64,000 bases of DNA from an uncultured candidate division Zixibacteria bacterium (GCA_963801605.1 CAWDFP010000007.1:256001-320000), one strand, 5' to 3'; positions 35,090 to 46,302 are shown, counted from the first letter of the stretch. Notes: generated by a model from the letters alone, not told the origin. A program made the numbers and translations.

Positions 35090-36497
35090 TTATCTCAGAT
35101 TCATGCTCATCTTGATTTTATCTTCCCAGTTATTATCTTTGATCTCGTCCCTCTTAGAGGAGTGTACAAGAGTATAGTCTTCGGCATTTTCAAAATCAAC
35201 AAAGACAAAATATACGCCGCCCTCTATGCCCGTGTACCACCATCTCTCCCATGACCGAGCCTCGATGGTCTGCGGAAAACGTTCGATTTCATTGGGTTCG
35301 CCATAAATTATATAAACCCGCCCACGATCAGTTTTCCAACCGGCGTGACCGCCCTTAAATTTGCCGAAAGCTTCCTTAACATATTTAATACGTCTGTAAT
35401 GCTCTATTTCGTAGGCGTTTTGAGGCGATGACGGATTGGAATTTCGCCTTGCCCAGAAATCTTTCTGAAAGGCCGCTTTGCCGGTTAAATTTAGGGAGTC
35501 GTAAAGCTTAAGTTCATCGGGGGTGGCAATATACGCAATTTCATCTTTGAAATTCTTGGCGTCCTCCTCGGAGGTTATATTGTTTGCCTCGGGAAATTCG
35601 CGTAAAATGCTCTGCATCATCGTTCTTCGGGCCACTTCGCGGGATTCGACTATCGAAAACTGCTTGGATGCAGAAACTGTATCGGGGCCGTCATCAAGCG
35701 TCATGATTAAATTATACTCGCCCGCCTTGAGTGTATCTATGGGAAAACCAACAACAATCACTGCCGATTCACCCGGCTTTACATACGTTATGGACGGATG
35801 AGTTTGAATCGGCTGCCCTCCCAGCGTTAATACCTTGAGCGTAACATGAAACATTGTATCGGCGTCAGCGCTCGTATCCAGTCCGTAACCTTCAGCGTAA
35901 ACACTGGCTATTTTTGCAGCCTGTAGATATTGGCCCGATGGATTTGGCATTACTAACAATCCGTTTTTTACGAACCTGCCGCCTGCAGAATCGGCTTTTA
36001 TCTGGTATGCCAGCTCAATCGATGATAGAGCCGGCTTGGTGCCCTTAAACGCCGGTACGTCCATGATAAACGAGGCAAACCCATCCTTATCGCCGTTTGT
36101 AACAGACAAATCGACCTGATAATGTCCGGCCGGAATCGGATTTCCATACATGTCGGAAATGAGGTAATTGGCTATCATCTAACAAGGAGAGTTTGTCTAT
36201 GCGGTTAGCGGCTTTCCACGACAGGGAATCTATAATCGTACCTTTGGTATTTTTAAGATCCAGCTTGAAATTAATCATGGCCTCGTAGCCGTTTTCCAGC
36301 GGCTCGTATTTTAGCTGATTGCGCCGCAGGTTGTAATGAATCTCGACATAGGAATTGACGGTATCGCCCGGAATTCTGAACACCGCATAGTCAGCGTCAA
36401 ATTGCAGCCCTCTGGATTCTTTACTCTCGGCCCTTGATTGCCCGAGCCAAAGAAACGCCAGAACCGCAATACCAAACAAAGTGATAGCTTTTTTCAT
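35090..36497 (-). CDS. Secreted GWxTD domain protein; frameshift near 36170
   Basis: Signal peptide in ORF 36087-36497; GWKTDRGRVYIIYGEP, ERWWY. Confidence 0.85.
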
Positions 36498-36499
36498 AG

Positions 36500-37807
36500 T
36501 TACCTTAGCTTCCTTAAGTCTCCGTCATATGGATAAATAAGTTCGTAGTCGCCATAACCGTTAAAATCAACAAATCGGAAGGTGCGTTTCAAGCCATAGT
36601 AGTACCAAATTTGATAAGCTTTGGCATCGATATCGAAGGGGTGTCGCTCAATCTCGTCTGGCGGTCCGTATGTTACATAAACCATTCCCATATCGGTTTT
36701 CCAACCGCCGCGCCCGAAATTGCCGAAATTAAGATCGGCGTATCTGATTCGCTTATAATACTCGTCCTTAATTTCATTTTCCGGCGAACTTGGAGTTAAA
36801 TCTTTCGATTTCCAATAGTCATTCCAGGCCTTGATATGTTCAGCCGTCGGAGTAGCGTTGAGTTTTTTCATTTCATCGGGAGTAGCGATATATCGTAGCT
36901 GTTCGACCGCAGTTTTGAAGTCGTTCTTTACAAGCGCCATTACGGACCATCCGATTAGAAACTCGGTCTGGATTTTAGCCTTTAGCTTGGTGCCCGGCGA
37001 ACTCAATTGCAGCGTAAATCTATAATCGCCCGGCAGCAATCCATCGACTTTGAACTTGTCAAGCCGGGGAGTTTTGGCCCCGTTCGAGGGAAACAGCGAT
37101 GTGTCGGCAGTATAAATACGATCACCGCTGCTGACGGTATAAATTGTTAGATATTCCCCGTTGAATTTGGAATTCTCGTTATAAATTTCATAATAAAAAA
37201 TAAGATCCGGCTGCTCGTCGCCATAGGTCCTGGAAACCGATGGTATCATCCTCATGCCATCTTTCACAAACTCGGTGTCTCCCTCCGCCGGAGTAGCATC
37301 GCGCAAAAATTCGATAGTGGAAAGATTAGTCTTATTCTTATAAAAGTCTTTTTGTTTGATATTCAACTCTCTGGGCCTGACAAGCTGCTCCGCGACATTG
37401 GGGTCTTTTAGAGTAGCTAACAAACGATAATCGTCCGGAGCGACATGAAAGGTAACCATATTGATTATAAAATCATCTTTTGAAATCGAACTCTTATAGT
37501 TGTCGGCTACCAGCGATCCATCATTTGATGTGCCCGTAACCTGTTTTCCCTTACGATTAAGCGTGATATCGACCGAATAATCGGCTTTGAATTTATCGCC
37601 GAATTTCTGGAAGGAAAGGCCCGATGAAAATATCTTATAATAGACTTCAAGTATCATGCTATTGGGTGCAGTATCCGCAAAAGCAGCATAATCAATGTAA
37701 AATGACTGCGGAGCCAACTCATCGACAATGCCCGGATTATCCTCGGCCAAGGCCATAGTTGTAAACGGGAGCGTCAAACAAATCATTATCGACAGAAGTC
37801 TTAGCAT
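36500..37807 (-). CDS. Secreted GWxTD domain protein
   Basis: Signal peptide; EYYKRIRYA, GWKTDMGMVYVTYGPP, QIWYY. Confidence 0.88.
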   Translation of the reverse strand: MLRLLSIMICLTLPFTTMALAEDNPGIVDELAPQSFYIDYAAFADTAPNSMILEVYYKIFSSGLSFQKFGDKFKADYSVDITLNRKGKQVTGTSNDGSLVADNYKSSISKDDFIINMVTFHVAPDDYRLLATLKDPNVAEQLVRPRELNIKQKDFYKNKTNLSTIEFLRDATPAEGDTEFVKDGMRMIPSVSRTYGDEQPDLIFYYEIYNENSKFNGEYLTIYTVSSGDRIYTADTSLFPSNGAKTPRLDKFKVDGLLPGDYRFTLQLSSPGTKLKAKIQTEFLIGWSVMALVKNDFKTAVEQLRYIATPDEMKKLNATPTAEHIKAWNDYWKSKDLTPSSPENEIKDEYYKRIRYADLNFGNFGRGGWKTDMGMVYVTYGPPDEIERHPFDIDAKAYQIWYYYGLKRTFRFVDFNGYGDYELIYPYDGDLRKLR

Positions 37808-37909
37808 ATCCGGCCTTTCATAAATTTATTATCCAGAAGCAACATAAAGCAAGCTAATTTAACTGCCTTCAAAGGGTTAAACTGTTCGCCGCTGACGAAT
37901 GTTTCAGCT

Positions 37910-39151
37910 TTACTCATAACGCAGGCATTCGATCGGATCCAGCTTTGACGCTCTGGCAGCCGGATAAATGCCGAATACCAAAGCTACCGCCACCGAAAAT
38001 GCAAACCCGATAATTACCCAGGGAATCGAGACTTCTGCCGGAAGAGGAGTCGTGGCTCCGATTATCTTTCCGCCCGCAATTCCAAGTATAATCCCCAGGA
38101 TTCCTCCCAGACCGGATAGCGCCATGGCCTCTATTAAAAATTGCCAGAGAATATTCTTTCGCCTCGCCCCTACCGCCATCCTTATGCCGATCTCCTTGGT
38201 GCGTTCGGTAACCGAGACCAGCATGATATTCATCACACCTACGCCGCCAACCAACAAACCTATCGATGAAATTATAATCATCACCAGCCAGATAGCCTGG
38301 GTAACGGTATTCCAGATTTCCATCAGGCTTTCCTGGGTAAATACCGCGAAATCATCCGGATCGTTATATTTTAAGCCGTGCCGACGGCGCATCAGTTCGG
38401 TTACCTCATCGATTGCCGTGGGCATGGCCTCCGGCGAGAAAGCCTTGACGGCGAGCCAGAGCGCTTTTTCCTCAGGATGAATTTTTCTAAAGGTGCCATA
38501 GGGAATGGTTATAAAGTTATTCTGATTTTCATCGCCGAAAGTTTCTCTCTTGCTCATCACTCCGATAACCGTAAATTTATCATCATTTACCAATATCTGT
38601 TTATCCAGAGGATCCTCATACGGAAAGAGCTTTTCGGCAACTCCGCTGCCGAGCACGGCTACCATATTATGATTTTTCTCGTCACCATCATCGAAGAAGC
38701 GGCCGTTATCAACATAATGATTATTTACGATTTCATAATCGGGTAATGTCCCAAACAATGAGGGATTGCGAATTTCATTATCTTTATATTTGGCGGTATT
38801 GCCGCCAGGTTTACGATAATAATTCTGCGGCGCAATCGCCGTGATAGCCGGGCAGCCGCTCATGATGGCTTTAGCATCCTCGAAAGTTATATCTTTTCGG
38901 TTACGTTCGGATGGAGGCCGATTTCCAAAAGTTATCCCCGGTTTGTATTTCGATACATAAACAACATTTGATCCCATCGACTCGATCTGGCGCGATATCG
39001 AATTATTGAGGCCGGTAATAACGGAAACCACAGTAATAATAGTAAATACTCCAATAAGAACCCCAAGAACAGTCAGAAACGAACGCATCTTATGCGCCTT
39101 GAATGTCCCCAGCGCCATGATCAGGCTTTCTTTAAATTCGTTGGCTCTCAT
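37910..39151 (-). CDS. ABC transporter permease (MacB/FtsX family)
   Basis: RSFLTVLGVLIG, GGVGVMNIMLVSVTERTKEIGIRMAVGA, PAARASKLDPIECLRYE. Confidence 0.93.
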   Translation of the reverse strand: MRANEFKESLIMALGTFKAHKMRSFLTVLGVLIGVFTIITVVSVITGLNNSISRQIESMGSNVVYVSKYKPGITFGNRPPSERNRKDITFEDAKAIMSGCPAITAIAPQNYYRKPGGNTAKYKDNEIRNPSLFGTLPDYEIVNNHYVDNGRFFDDGDEKNHNMVAVLGSGVAEKLFPYEDPLDKQILVNDDKFTVIGVMSKRETFGDENQNNFITIPYGTFRKIHPEEKALWLAVKAFSPEAMPTAIDEVTELMRRRHGLKYNDPDDFAVFTQESLMEIWNTVTQAIWLVMIIISSIGLLVGGVGVMNIMLVSVTERTKEIGIRMAVGARRKNILWQFLIEAMALSGLGGILGIILGIAGGKIIGATTPLPAEVSIPWVIIGFAFSVAVALVFGIYPAARASKLDPIECLRYE

Positions 39152-39324
39152 GGCCTTTCCCTCCGAATAAAAAGCACTAATGCCCAAACTAAGGCGACGG
39201 CGCTTCCCAATAGTAAACCCTCGGGCATTCCTTTATTGTCCGAAAGCCACGATAAAATCGCGGAAAGCGTTAAGATTGATGCCATTCCATAAATGGGAAT
39301 GAATATTTGGCGGGCCGCGTTCAT
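39148..39324 (-). CDS. Small (58 aa) two-TM membrane protein, not in ORF track
   Basis: MNAARQIFIPIYGMASILTLSAILSWLSDNKGMPEGLLLGSAVALVWALVLFIRRERP*; ATGA overlaps with both neighbouring permease genes. Confidence 0.75.
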   Translation of the reverse strand: MNAARQIFIPIYGMASILTLSAILSWLSDNKGMPEGLLLGSAVALVWALVLFIRRERP

Positions 39325-40538
39325 TCGTACCTCAAGGCCTCGATCGGATCGAGCCTGGCGGCTTTAAGCGCCGGGAATAACCCAAAAACAATTCCAACGC
39401 TTGAGGCTACTCCCAATCCGCTTAAAACTGCCCAGGTTTGGATTGAGGCTGGTAATGGAGAAAATTGATGCACCAACAGCGCCAGTCCTACTCCCAGCAA
39501 AACTCCAACGGCGCCTCCCACAATCGAAAGGGTGACCGCCTCAATTAAAAATTGCCAGAGAATATCGCGCCGCCTGGCCCCGATAGCCTTCCTGACTCCA
39601 ATTTCGCGAGTTCGCTCTGTAACCGAAACCAGCATGATATTCATAATGACGATACCGCCGACTAACAGCGAGACCGATGATAATATGATGAGAACCATCC
39701 AGGCGGCTCCTGTAAAATTATTATATAATTGCATCAGTGAGCCGGCTGTCATTATGCCGAAATCATCTTTTTGGTTGTAGGTTGTTTTATGACGGCTGCG
39801 CAATATCATGCGGGCCTGGTCCTGAGCCTCTTCGAGATATTTAACATCGGTCGCCTTGGCGTAGACGGCTATGCTCATTCTGCGTCCAAAATATTTTTCG
39901 AAAGTGGAAAGCGGAATACAAACCCAGCTATCCTGATTTTGCCCCAGGAAAGAGCCGCGCTTTTTTCCCACTCCCACCACTCGAAAATAGTAATTCCCGA
40001 CTTTTATATCACGCCCCAGAGGTGAGCCAACCTTCATGAGATTATCGACAATATCCGGCCCCACCAGGCAAACCGCCGTGCGGCGCTCATCGTCATTTTG
40101 GTTCAAATTGCGTCCGTAATCGATATCGACATCGGAAATGTCGGTAAAATTATAAGTTACGCCGGACAGATACACGTCCTCGAGATAATTGGAACCGTAC
40201 TTGACTCGTTTCATCGTCTCGACTGCTCCGCCGACGTCCTCGCAGAGAGTGCAGCCGCGCTTGATAGCCTCCATGTCATCCATCGTGATATCTTTATGCT
40301 TGCGGGCGTTGAGCCAATCTTCCTCGGAGGTTATGATGCCTTCTTTATCGATTATAAATGTATTGGAACCAAGGGTATTTATTTTGACCGTAACATAATT
40401 ATTCATGCCGTTGATTATAGAAACGACGGCAATGACGGTTGTAACCCCGATAATAATTCCGATAAGTGTCAAAATCGACCGCAGCTTGTTGGCCGCGATC
40501 GATTGGAAAGCCATGACAACACCCTCGATAAACCACAT
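39321..40538 (-). CDS. ABC transporter permease (MacB/FtsX family)
   Basis: RSILTLIGIIIG, GGIVIMNIMLVSVTERTREIG, LDPIEALRYE. Confidence 0.93.
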   Translation of the reverse strand: MWFIEGVVMAFQSIAANKLRSILTLIGIIIGVTTVIAVVSIINGMNNYVTVKINTLGSNTFIIDKEGIITSEEDWLNARKHKDITMDDMEAIKRGCTLCEDVGGAVETMKRVKYGSNYLEDVYLSGVTYNFTDISDVDIDYGRNLNQNDDERRTAVCLVGPDIVDNLMKVGSPLGRDIKVGNYYFRVVGVGKKRGSFLGQNQDSWVCIPLSTFEKYFGRRMSIAVYAKATDVKYLEEAQDQARMILRSRHKTTYNQKDDFGIMTAGSLMQLYNNFTGAAWMVLIILSSVSLLVGGIVIMNIMLVSVTERTREIGVRKAIGARRRDILWQFLIEAVTLSIVGGAVGVLLGVGLALLVHQFSPLPASIQTWAVLSGLGVASSVGIVFGLFPALKAARLDPIEALRYE

Positions 40539-40541
40539 ATT

Positions 40542-41231
40542 TTATACGCTCTCGGGTTTTCTTTCTTCTTTTTCAATCGTGCCGTCGCGGATATAAATAA
40601 TGCGGTCGGCATAGAGAGCGATATCGCGCTCGTGAGTTACGATGATAATGGTATTACCTTCGTGATGCAGCCTGGAAAGCAGCGCCATTATTTCGATGCC
40701 GGTGTTGGTATCGAGATTTCCGGTTGGCTCATCGGCTAAAATTAGCGACGGTTTATTGACGAGCGCCCTGGCAATCGCCACTCGCTGCCTTTGCCCGCCC
40801 GATAGCTCGTTAGGCCTGTGCAGCATGCGATCACCCAGATCCACCATTACCAGCGATTCTTTGGCCTTCTCGCGCCTGTCCTCTGCGCGGGTACCGTTAT
40901 AGATCAGCGGAAGTTCGACATTATGCAGAGCGGTAGCTCGCGGCAAAAGATTGAATGTCTGAAATACAAAGCCTATCTCTTTGTTTCGAATATGCGCCAG
41001 CTCATCATCGCCCATGCCTGAAACCAGACGGCCATTGAGTTCATAAACGCCTTTGCTGGGAGTATCCAGGCAGCCAATCAGGTTCATCAGGGTCGATTTG
41101 CCCGAACCTGACGGTCCCATGATAGCCACATATTCGCCTTTTTCGATATTCAGAGTTACACCCCGCAAGGCGTGAACTTCCTCTGTACCGACCTGGTAAA
41201 CCTTCCAGAGATCTTTGGTGCTGATTAACAA
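40542..41231 (-). CDS. ABC transporter ATP-binding protein (MacB/LolD-like)
   Basis: [34 protein letters not shown]. Confidence 0.95.
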   Translation of the reverse strand: MLISTKDLWKVYQVGTEEVHALRGVTLNIEKGEYVAIMGPSGSGKSTLMNLIGCLDTPSKGVYELNGRLVSGMGDDELAHIRNKEIGFVFQTFNLLPRATALHNVELPLIYNGTRAEDRREKAKESLVMVDLGDRMLHRPNELSGGQRQRVAIARALVNKPSLILADEPTGNLDTNTGIEIMALLSRLHHEGNTIIIVTHERDIALYADRIIYIRDGTIEKEERKPESV

Positions 41232-41252
41232 ACCGACACACTCCGATTTAAT

Positions 41253-42512
41253 TTAATCTATCCGCACTGAGGCGCTATCGCCGCCGGTGCTGAATTTAGG
41301 TTTTTGCGGATCGATTACTTCGCTTTGCTTAATAGTTCGCAGTGTTTTATACGGCCCGGTGATAATGCTGTCGCCTTCGGCTATTCCGCTAATAATCTCG
41401 ACATATTGCTGATCCCTGATACCCGTTTTTACCGGTACAAATTTGGCTTTGCCGCCTTTCACCGTGAAGACGCCATCGATATCCTTTTTCTTTTTAAGGC
41501 TGGCATCAGCTTTTACTTCATCTGCCTTGGCGCCGTCTTTGGATGTATCCTTATTGAGCTCTTCCTTGTCGGTTCCTTCGGGACGCATTACGACCGCTCT
41601 TGATGGTATCTTGATGACATCGGGACGCTGGGCGGTAGTAATATCTATCGACGCTGTCATGCCGGGTTTGATATTGGCGACAGTATCTTCAATCAGCACT
41701 TTCACGAGGAAATTTGTTACCTGATCGGTCGTTGTAGTATAGCTGTTTGAGGTTTGCGCGGAATTGCCAACCTCGATGACTCGTCCGTGATAGGTTGTAT
41801 CGGGAAAAGCGTCCAGCGAAATTTTTACATCCTGATCGACGGCAACGGAAGCAATATCGGTCTCGTCGACCTCGGCCTCGATCTCGATTGCCGAAAGATC
41901 GGAGATGACCATAATAACGGTGCCGGCAGAATTCATGGTGCCGATAACGACATTCTCACCCAATTCGGAATTGAGCTTGGTGATGACTCCGCTCATCGGC
42001 GCCCTGATAGTGCATTTATCGAGTTGATCCTGCGCCCGGTCCAAATTGGCCTGATTGATCTGCACTTGCGCCACTGCCTGATCGTAATTGCTCTGCGCGA
42101 TATCGAGTTGTGACTGGGGAGTAAGATTTTTGGCAAAGAGCGCTTTTTCGCGATCCAAAGTAATTTTGCATGTTTCGAGGTTTGATTGTGCGGAAAGAAG
42201 TGAACCCCTGGCCTGCGCAACATCCATTTCGCGCGATTTGGAATCTATCCCCACCAATAGCTGGCTGGCTTTAACGATGTCGCCTTCTTTGACAGGCAAG
42301 CGCTCGATACGGCCCATTACATCCGCCGAGATTTGTACATCGGCCTGAGCCTTGACCTTGCCGGTAGCGGTGACAATCGAGGTCAGCTCTCCCCTGCTGG
42401 CTTTCTCGACTGTGACAGGTGTTTTCTTGACGCCGGCAGATTTAAGCGCCAGGATAACAAACACCGCCAGAATGATGACGCCGCCGATGATAAAATACCA
42501 CTTCTTTTTCAT
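41253..42512 (-). CDS. Efflux periplasmic adaptor (MacA-like membrane fusion protein)
   Basis: N-terminal TM, VKEGDIVK, IRAPMSGVI, VDETDI, IKPGMTA. Confidence 0.92.
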   Translation of the reverse strand: MKKKWYFIIGGVIILAVFVILALKSAGVKKTPVTVEKASRGELTSIVTATGKVKAQADVQISADVMGRIERLPVKEGDIVKASQLLVGIDSKSREMDVAQARGSLLSAQSNLETCKITLDREKALFAKNLTPQSQLDIAQSNYDQAVAQVQINQANLDRAQDQLDKCTIRAPMSGVITKLNSELGENVVIGTMNSAGTVIMVISDLSAIEIEAEVDETDIASVAVDQDVKISLDAFPDTTYHGRVIEVGNSAQTSNSYTTTTDQVTNFLVKVLIEDTVANIKPGMTASIDITTAQRPDVIKIPSRAVVMRPEGTDKEELNKDTSKDGAKADEVKADASLKKKKDIDGVFTVKGGKAKFVPVKTGIRDQQYVEIISGIAEGDSIITGPYKTLRTIKQSEVIDPQKPKFSTGGDSASVRID

Positions 42513-42529
42513 TATCGCTCCTCCAAACA

Positions 42530-43849
42530 CTACCTGCCCAGGGCTCTTTCCACCTGGGATACCGCGATATTATATTGATAGCTGGCCTGCACCTGATTTT
42601 GCTGAGCCTGAGTCAGCGAGGCTTCCGCTGTTAGAAGATCCAGAATGGTCGCAGCGCCCAGCCCATATTTTTCTTTTACTAGATTGAGGTCTTCCTGGGC
42701 CGATGCCACTGATTCATCTGAAAGCTGCTTGGTTCCCTCGGCCTGAGCTAAAGACAGATACGCTTGTTTAACCGCCAGAGCTACATTGTTTTTGGTCGTA
42801 TAAAGGTTTTCGCTTGATGTTAGTGCGTCGTTTTTGGCCTTCTTGATTGCGGCGTAATCACCGAAGCCGTTGAAAATATTGAAGCCTAAACTGGCGAACA
42901 TTGTATAGGCGGCATCAGGTTCTTTGAAATCAAAAAGGCTTGAAAATTTATCCACGCTGGTGCGATGAGTAAGCCCAAGCGAAATACTGGGAAGGAGATT
43001 GCTGCATGCCATCATTTTATTATCCTTGGCAATGGCGTAATCGGATTGAGCCCGGCGCAAATCCGGATTATTTTTCAATGCCTCGTCGAGCGCCGCATCA
43101 TAGCTCATATTAAATTGAGATGTCGGCAGGTTCTCGTCAATTTCGATCCCCCGGTTGACATCGATTCCTATATCGAATGCCAGAGTAACCAGCGCTAATT
43201 GATAATTATTCGTCTGTGTCACTGAATCGAGCTGGTCGTTGCCAAGCTGTACTCTTGCCTTAAGTACGTCAGACATCGACGCCGCGCCCAACTCATACCT
43301 GCTTTGAGCGACACGCAGCCCTTCCTGGTCTCTTTTAACGGCATCATTGGCAACGCCTACCAGGCTCTTAGCTCTGATGATTCCGAAATAGTCGGCTTTT
43401 ATTTGCTGAACGATTGTGCTTTGGGTAGATGTCAGGTTGTAATACGACGAATTTCTGGAATGATATGTCCTTTTAAAATTGGCGTAAGTGCCGATTCCCA
43501 GGCCGGTGTAAGTCACGCTAAAGCTCAAGGCACCACCGTAACTTGTGGTGCCCTTGGCCAGCGAGAGAACCGTTGTATCACCGGTAACAGGATTAACCAA
43601 AATGGAACTGCGGCTCACTCCGGACCAGTTGCGATTGGCGCTGGTCGAAATCGAAATCGATGGCAGAATCGAACCCCAGGCGGTGTAGGTTTGCGCTCGC
43701 GATGTAGAGTAAGCGTTTCTTGCCGATTGGATGCTGAAATTGTTCTTCAGCGCCATATCGATACATTGATTAAGATTCATGGTTTCGGCAGCAGCGACCT
43801 GAAAAGAAACAAGTGTCGCCATGATAGCTATCAGGATTTTAATTTTCAT
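42530..43849 (-). CDS. tolC: TolC family outer membrane efflux protein
   Basis: Signal peptide, ALKNN repeats, RYELGAAS / KYGLGAATILDLL. Confidence 0.88.
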   Translation of the reverse strand: MKIKILIAIMATLVSFQVAAAETMNLNQCIDMALKNNFSIQSARNAYSTSRAQTYTAWGSILPSISISTSANRNWSGVSRSSILVNPVTGDTTVLSLAKGTTSYGGALSFSVTYTGLGIGTYANFKRTYHSRNSSYYNLTSTQSTIVQQIKADYFGIIRAKSLVGVANDAVKRDQEGLRVAQSRYELGAASMSDVLKARVQLGNDQLDSVTQTNNYQLALVTLAFDIGIDVNRGIEIDENLPTSQFNMSYDAALDEALKNNPDLRRAQSDYAIAKDNKMMACSNLLPSISLGLTHRTSVDKFSSLFDFKEPDAAYTMFASLGFNIFNGFGDYAAIKKAKNDALTSSENLYTTKNNVALAVKQAYLSLAQAEGTKQLSDESVASAQEDLNLVKEKYGLGAATILDLLTAEASLTQAQQNQVQASYQYNIAVSQVERALGR

Positions 43850-43866
43850 GATCTCCCCTTATGATT

Positions 43867-44649
43867 TTATGTCAAACCGGATAATGCCATTTGGAAATTA
43901 AAATATGGAATGAAACTGTTGATGACAATCCATACGGCCCACAGAATCAACATCGCGACAATGCCCTTGGTACGGCTGATTCCATATATCACCGAAAACC
44001 CAATCCCGATCACGATTACCGCCCAGATGTTAAAAAAGCTCAGATTCCTCAAGAAATAAAAAACCGAGCTGAATGGGTCGGGAGTAACCAGCGCCGCAGG
44101 CGAAAGCGAAATATTATGCGATCCCTTTATAATCATCAGCGGCGTTGTTACTATAATGCCAATAATCCAGATAGGGAAAACCCAGGAGTACATCGACATT
44201 ACCTTGGGATATTTTGCGACTCCTCCGAAGAAAATGGAACCAACCAGGAAAATGGCGGTCACCACTATAAAAAATGCTATGCCTCTCATAATGAAAGCGC
44301 TAATTATCGTAATAATTACGTTCTTAGGTCCCAATTTAGCCGATTCGTCAAACTGCTCGTTAGCTTTTTGAATGGCTTCCTCCGGCATATTCGGAATTTT
44401 GCTGAGATAAGCCATGGTATCCTGGCGGACGGTTGGCATTATATACGGCTGCGCGATCAACCCCGCCACTATTGAGACCAAAATTATCGCAATAAGTGGC
44501 GTCCACCATGACGTTTTTCTTTGAAGACTTTCAAACAATTTTGTTGGATTGGTAAAAAGCAGGGTCAGCTTCTCTACAATACCCGGCTCCACAAGCGGAG
44601 TAGTAATTGCTTGCGATTCAGTCGGGGTCGTTGCATTTGCATCATCCAT
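43867..44649 (-). CDS. Yip1 family membrane protein
   Basis: LFTNPTKLFESL..WWTPL, several TMs, FFNIW; first gene of the efflux operon. Confidence 0.8.
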   Translation of the reverse strand: MDDANATTPTESQAITTPLVEPGIVEKLTLLFTNPTKLFESLQRKTSWWTPLIAIILVSIVAGLIAQPYIMPTVRQDTMAYLSKIPNMPEEAIQKANEQFDESAKLGPKNVIITIISAFIMRGIAFFIVVTAIFLVGSIFFGGVAKYPKVMSMYSWVFPIWIIGIIVTTPLMIIKGSHNISLSPAALVTPDPFSSVFYFLRNLSFFNIWAVIVIGIGFSVIYGISRTKGIVAMLILWAVWIVINSFIPYFNFQMALSGLT

Positions 44650-44758
44650 TTTAATTTCCTTTCACCAGGATACAACCGGTTTTATTAACGTAAAACAGGG
44701 ACAATTGTTTCAAATCACCACCACGTTTATATACCGATGGCTGACTGTTTTATTCAAA

Positions 44759-45397
44759 TCAAAGCTGGGGAATTCCGATATGATGATATACGGTTAGCCC
44801 CCAGTTGATCGAATCGCCGCCCGGCATCCTGCCAATATAATTTGCCTTATAACCGAATATCTCGTATCGGCTATAATTTACGAAGTTGGCGCCGAGATAG
44901 AGCGAAATCGCCAGCCCATCGCTTACATTATATCTAAAATCTAAATTGCCTGTAAAACCCAAACCGGAGAAATCATCATCGACCTCGTTCTCCCCTGCGA
45001 GACGCTTCCCCGAAATATCAAAAAAACCGGCTCCCGCAGCAATGACAGTTTCCAATTTCTTATACCTGAACGGGATTCCTCTGGCTTTTAAGAAAAAAGC
45101 GGTCTTCCCGGCGTTTTCCTCTATTATAGCCCCGCCGGCCCGAGTACCAAGATCGAAATCGTGGTTCGTATGCATCGCTCCTAATTCCAAACCGCCCCAA
45201 TTCCATATATCATAGCCAAGATTAACTGTATAACCTATTCCGCCCTTCATATTTGTATAGGGACGGTTATGGGTGCCGCTGGCCGGACGGTCATATATTA
45301 ATCCGCCCTCGATAGAAAATCCGGGCCGGGCTAATGCGCCGGAACAAATAATCGATAGCCCTACTAATGTTAGAGTCAGAAAATATAATATTCGCAT
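44759..45397 (-). CDS. Putative outer membrane beta-barrel protein
   Basis: Signal peptide; alternating amphipathic strands (LGYDI, AGAGFF, LDFRYNV). Confidence 0.6.
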   Translation of the reverse strand: MRILYFLTLTLVGLSIICSGALARPGFSIEGGLIYDRPASGTHNRPYTNMKGGIGYTVNLGYDIWNWGGLELGAMHTNHDFDLGTRAGGAIIEENAGKTAFFLKARGIPFRYKKLETVIAAGAGFFDISGKRLAGENEVDDDFSGLGFTGNLDFRYNVSDGLAISLYLGANFVNYSRYEIFGYKANYIGRMPGGDSINWGLTVYHHIGIPQL

Positions 45398-45403
45398 AGG
45401 TAG

Positions 45404-45432
45404 ATTTTAGCAGTCTTAGGCTTCCAAAGCAA
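45404..45432 (-). promoter_or_regulatory. sigma70-type promoter, probably leaderless
   Basis: TTGCTT-17nt-TAAAAT-6nt-ATG(45397), no SD. Confidence 0.55.
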
Positions 45433-45607
45433 GCGAAAAAAGGTAGAAAAAGCTTAAAATTATCTCTAAGCTTGTCATTCTCGTTTATTAAATTATCGAC
45501 GATATAGCCTAAGTTATCTTTTTGCTTGACAACTCCCTGCTTAATATCATTTATGTCTCATTGAGGGGCTAAAAACGCAAACTATTTATAACTTGAAAGG
45601 AGATAAA

Positions 45608-46279
45608 ATGAAAAAACTGGGAATTTTCTTTATCGTCGCAGTGCTTATTTTCGGCTTAATCGGTTGTGCTTCAATGAAGCGTAGAGATAAAGGTGCCATT
45701 ATCGGAGCGGCCTCCGGTGGTGTAATTGGCGGTATTATCGGCAAACAGGCCGGAAATACGGCTGTTGGCGCAATTTTGGGCGCAGCGGTTGGCGGAGCGG
45801 CTGGCGCTTATATCGGCAACTATATGGATAAGCAAGCTGCCGATCTGCAAGCCGATCTCGAAGGCGCCAAGATTGAGCGCGTTGGCGAGGGCATTAAAAT
45901 CACCTTTAGCTCCGGCATCCTATTTAATGTCAATAAATCGGATCTGCAACCCACCGCCCAGGATAATCTTCAAAAGCTGGCGACTATCCTTAATAAATAC
46001 CCGGACACCCAGGTCCTTATCGAGGGCCATACCGACAGCGACGGCAAAGAAGATTACAACATGGATCTTTCGATGAGAAGAGCCAACTCGGTGGCTACTT
46101 ATCTATCCGGCCTTCAGGTTGACCCCACCCGGTTCCATACCATGGGCTATGGCGAAACCCAGCCTGTCGCCTCCAATGATACCGTTGAGGGCAAGGCTCA
46201 GAATCGTCGCGTCGAGATCGCTATCTTTGCCAACGATAAGCTCAAACATGCAGCTGAGGAAAAAGAATCTAAAGGTTAA
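45608..46279 (+). CDS. OmpA-family lipoprotein with glycine zipper (YiaD-like)
   Basis: Lipobox LIGC, GAIIGAASGG zipper, IEGHTDS, LSMRRA, NRRVEI. Confidence 0.92.
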   Translation: MKKLGIFFIVAVLIFGLIGCASMKRRDKGAIIGAASGGVIGGIIGKQAGNTAVGAILGAAVGGAAGAYIGNYMDKQAADLQADLEGAKIERVGEGIKITFSSGILFNVNKSDLQPTAQDNLQKLATILNKYPDTQVLIEGHTDSDGKEDYNMDLSMRRANSVATYLSGLQVDPTRFHTMGYGETQPVASNDTVEGKAQNRRVEIAIFANDKLKHAAEEKESKG

Positions 46280-46302
46280 TTGAAACAGCTTAACCAATCT
46301 TG

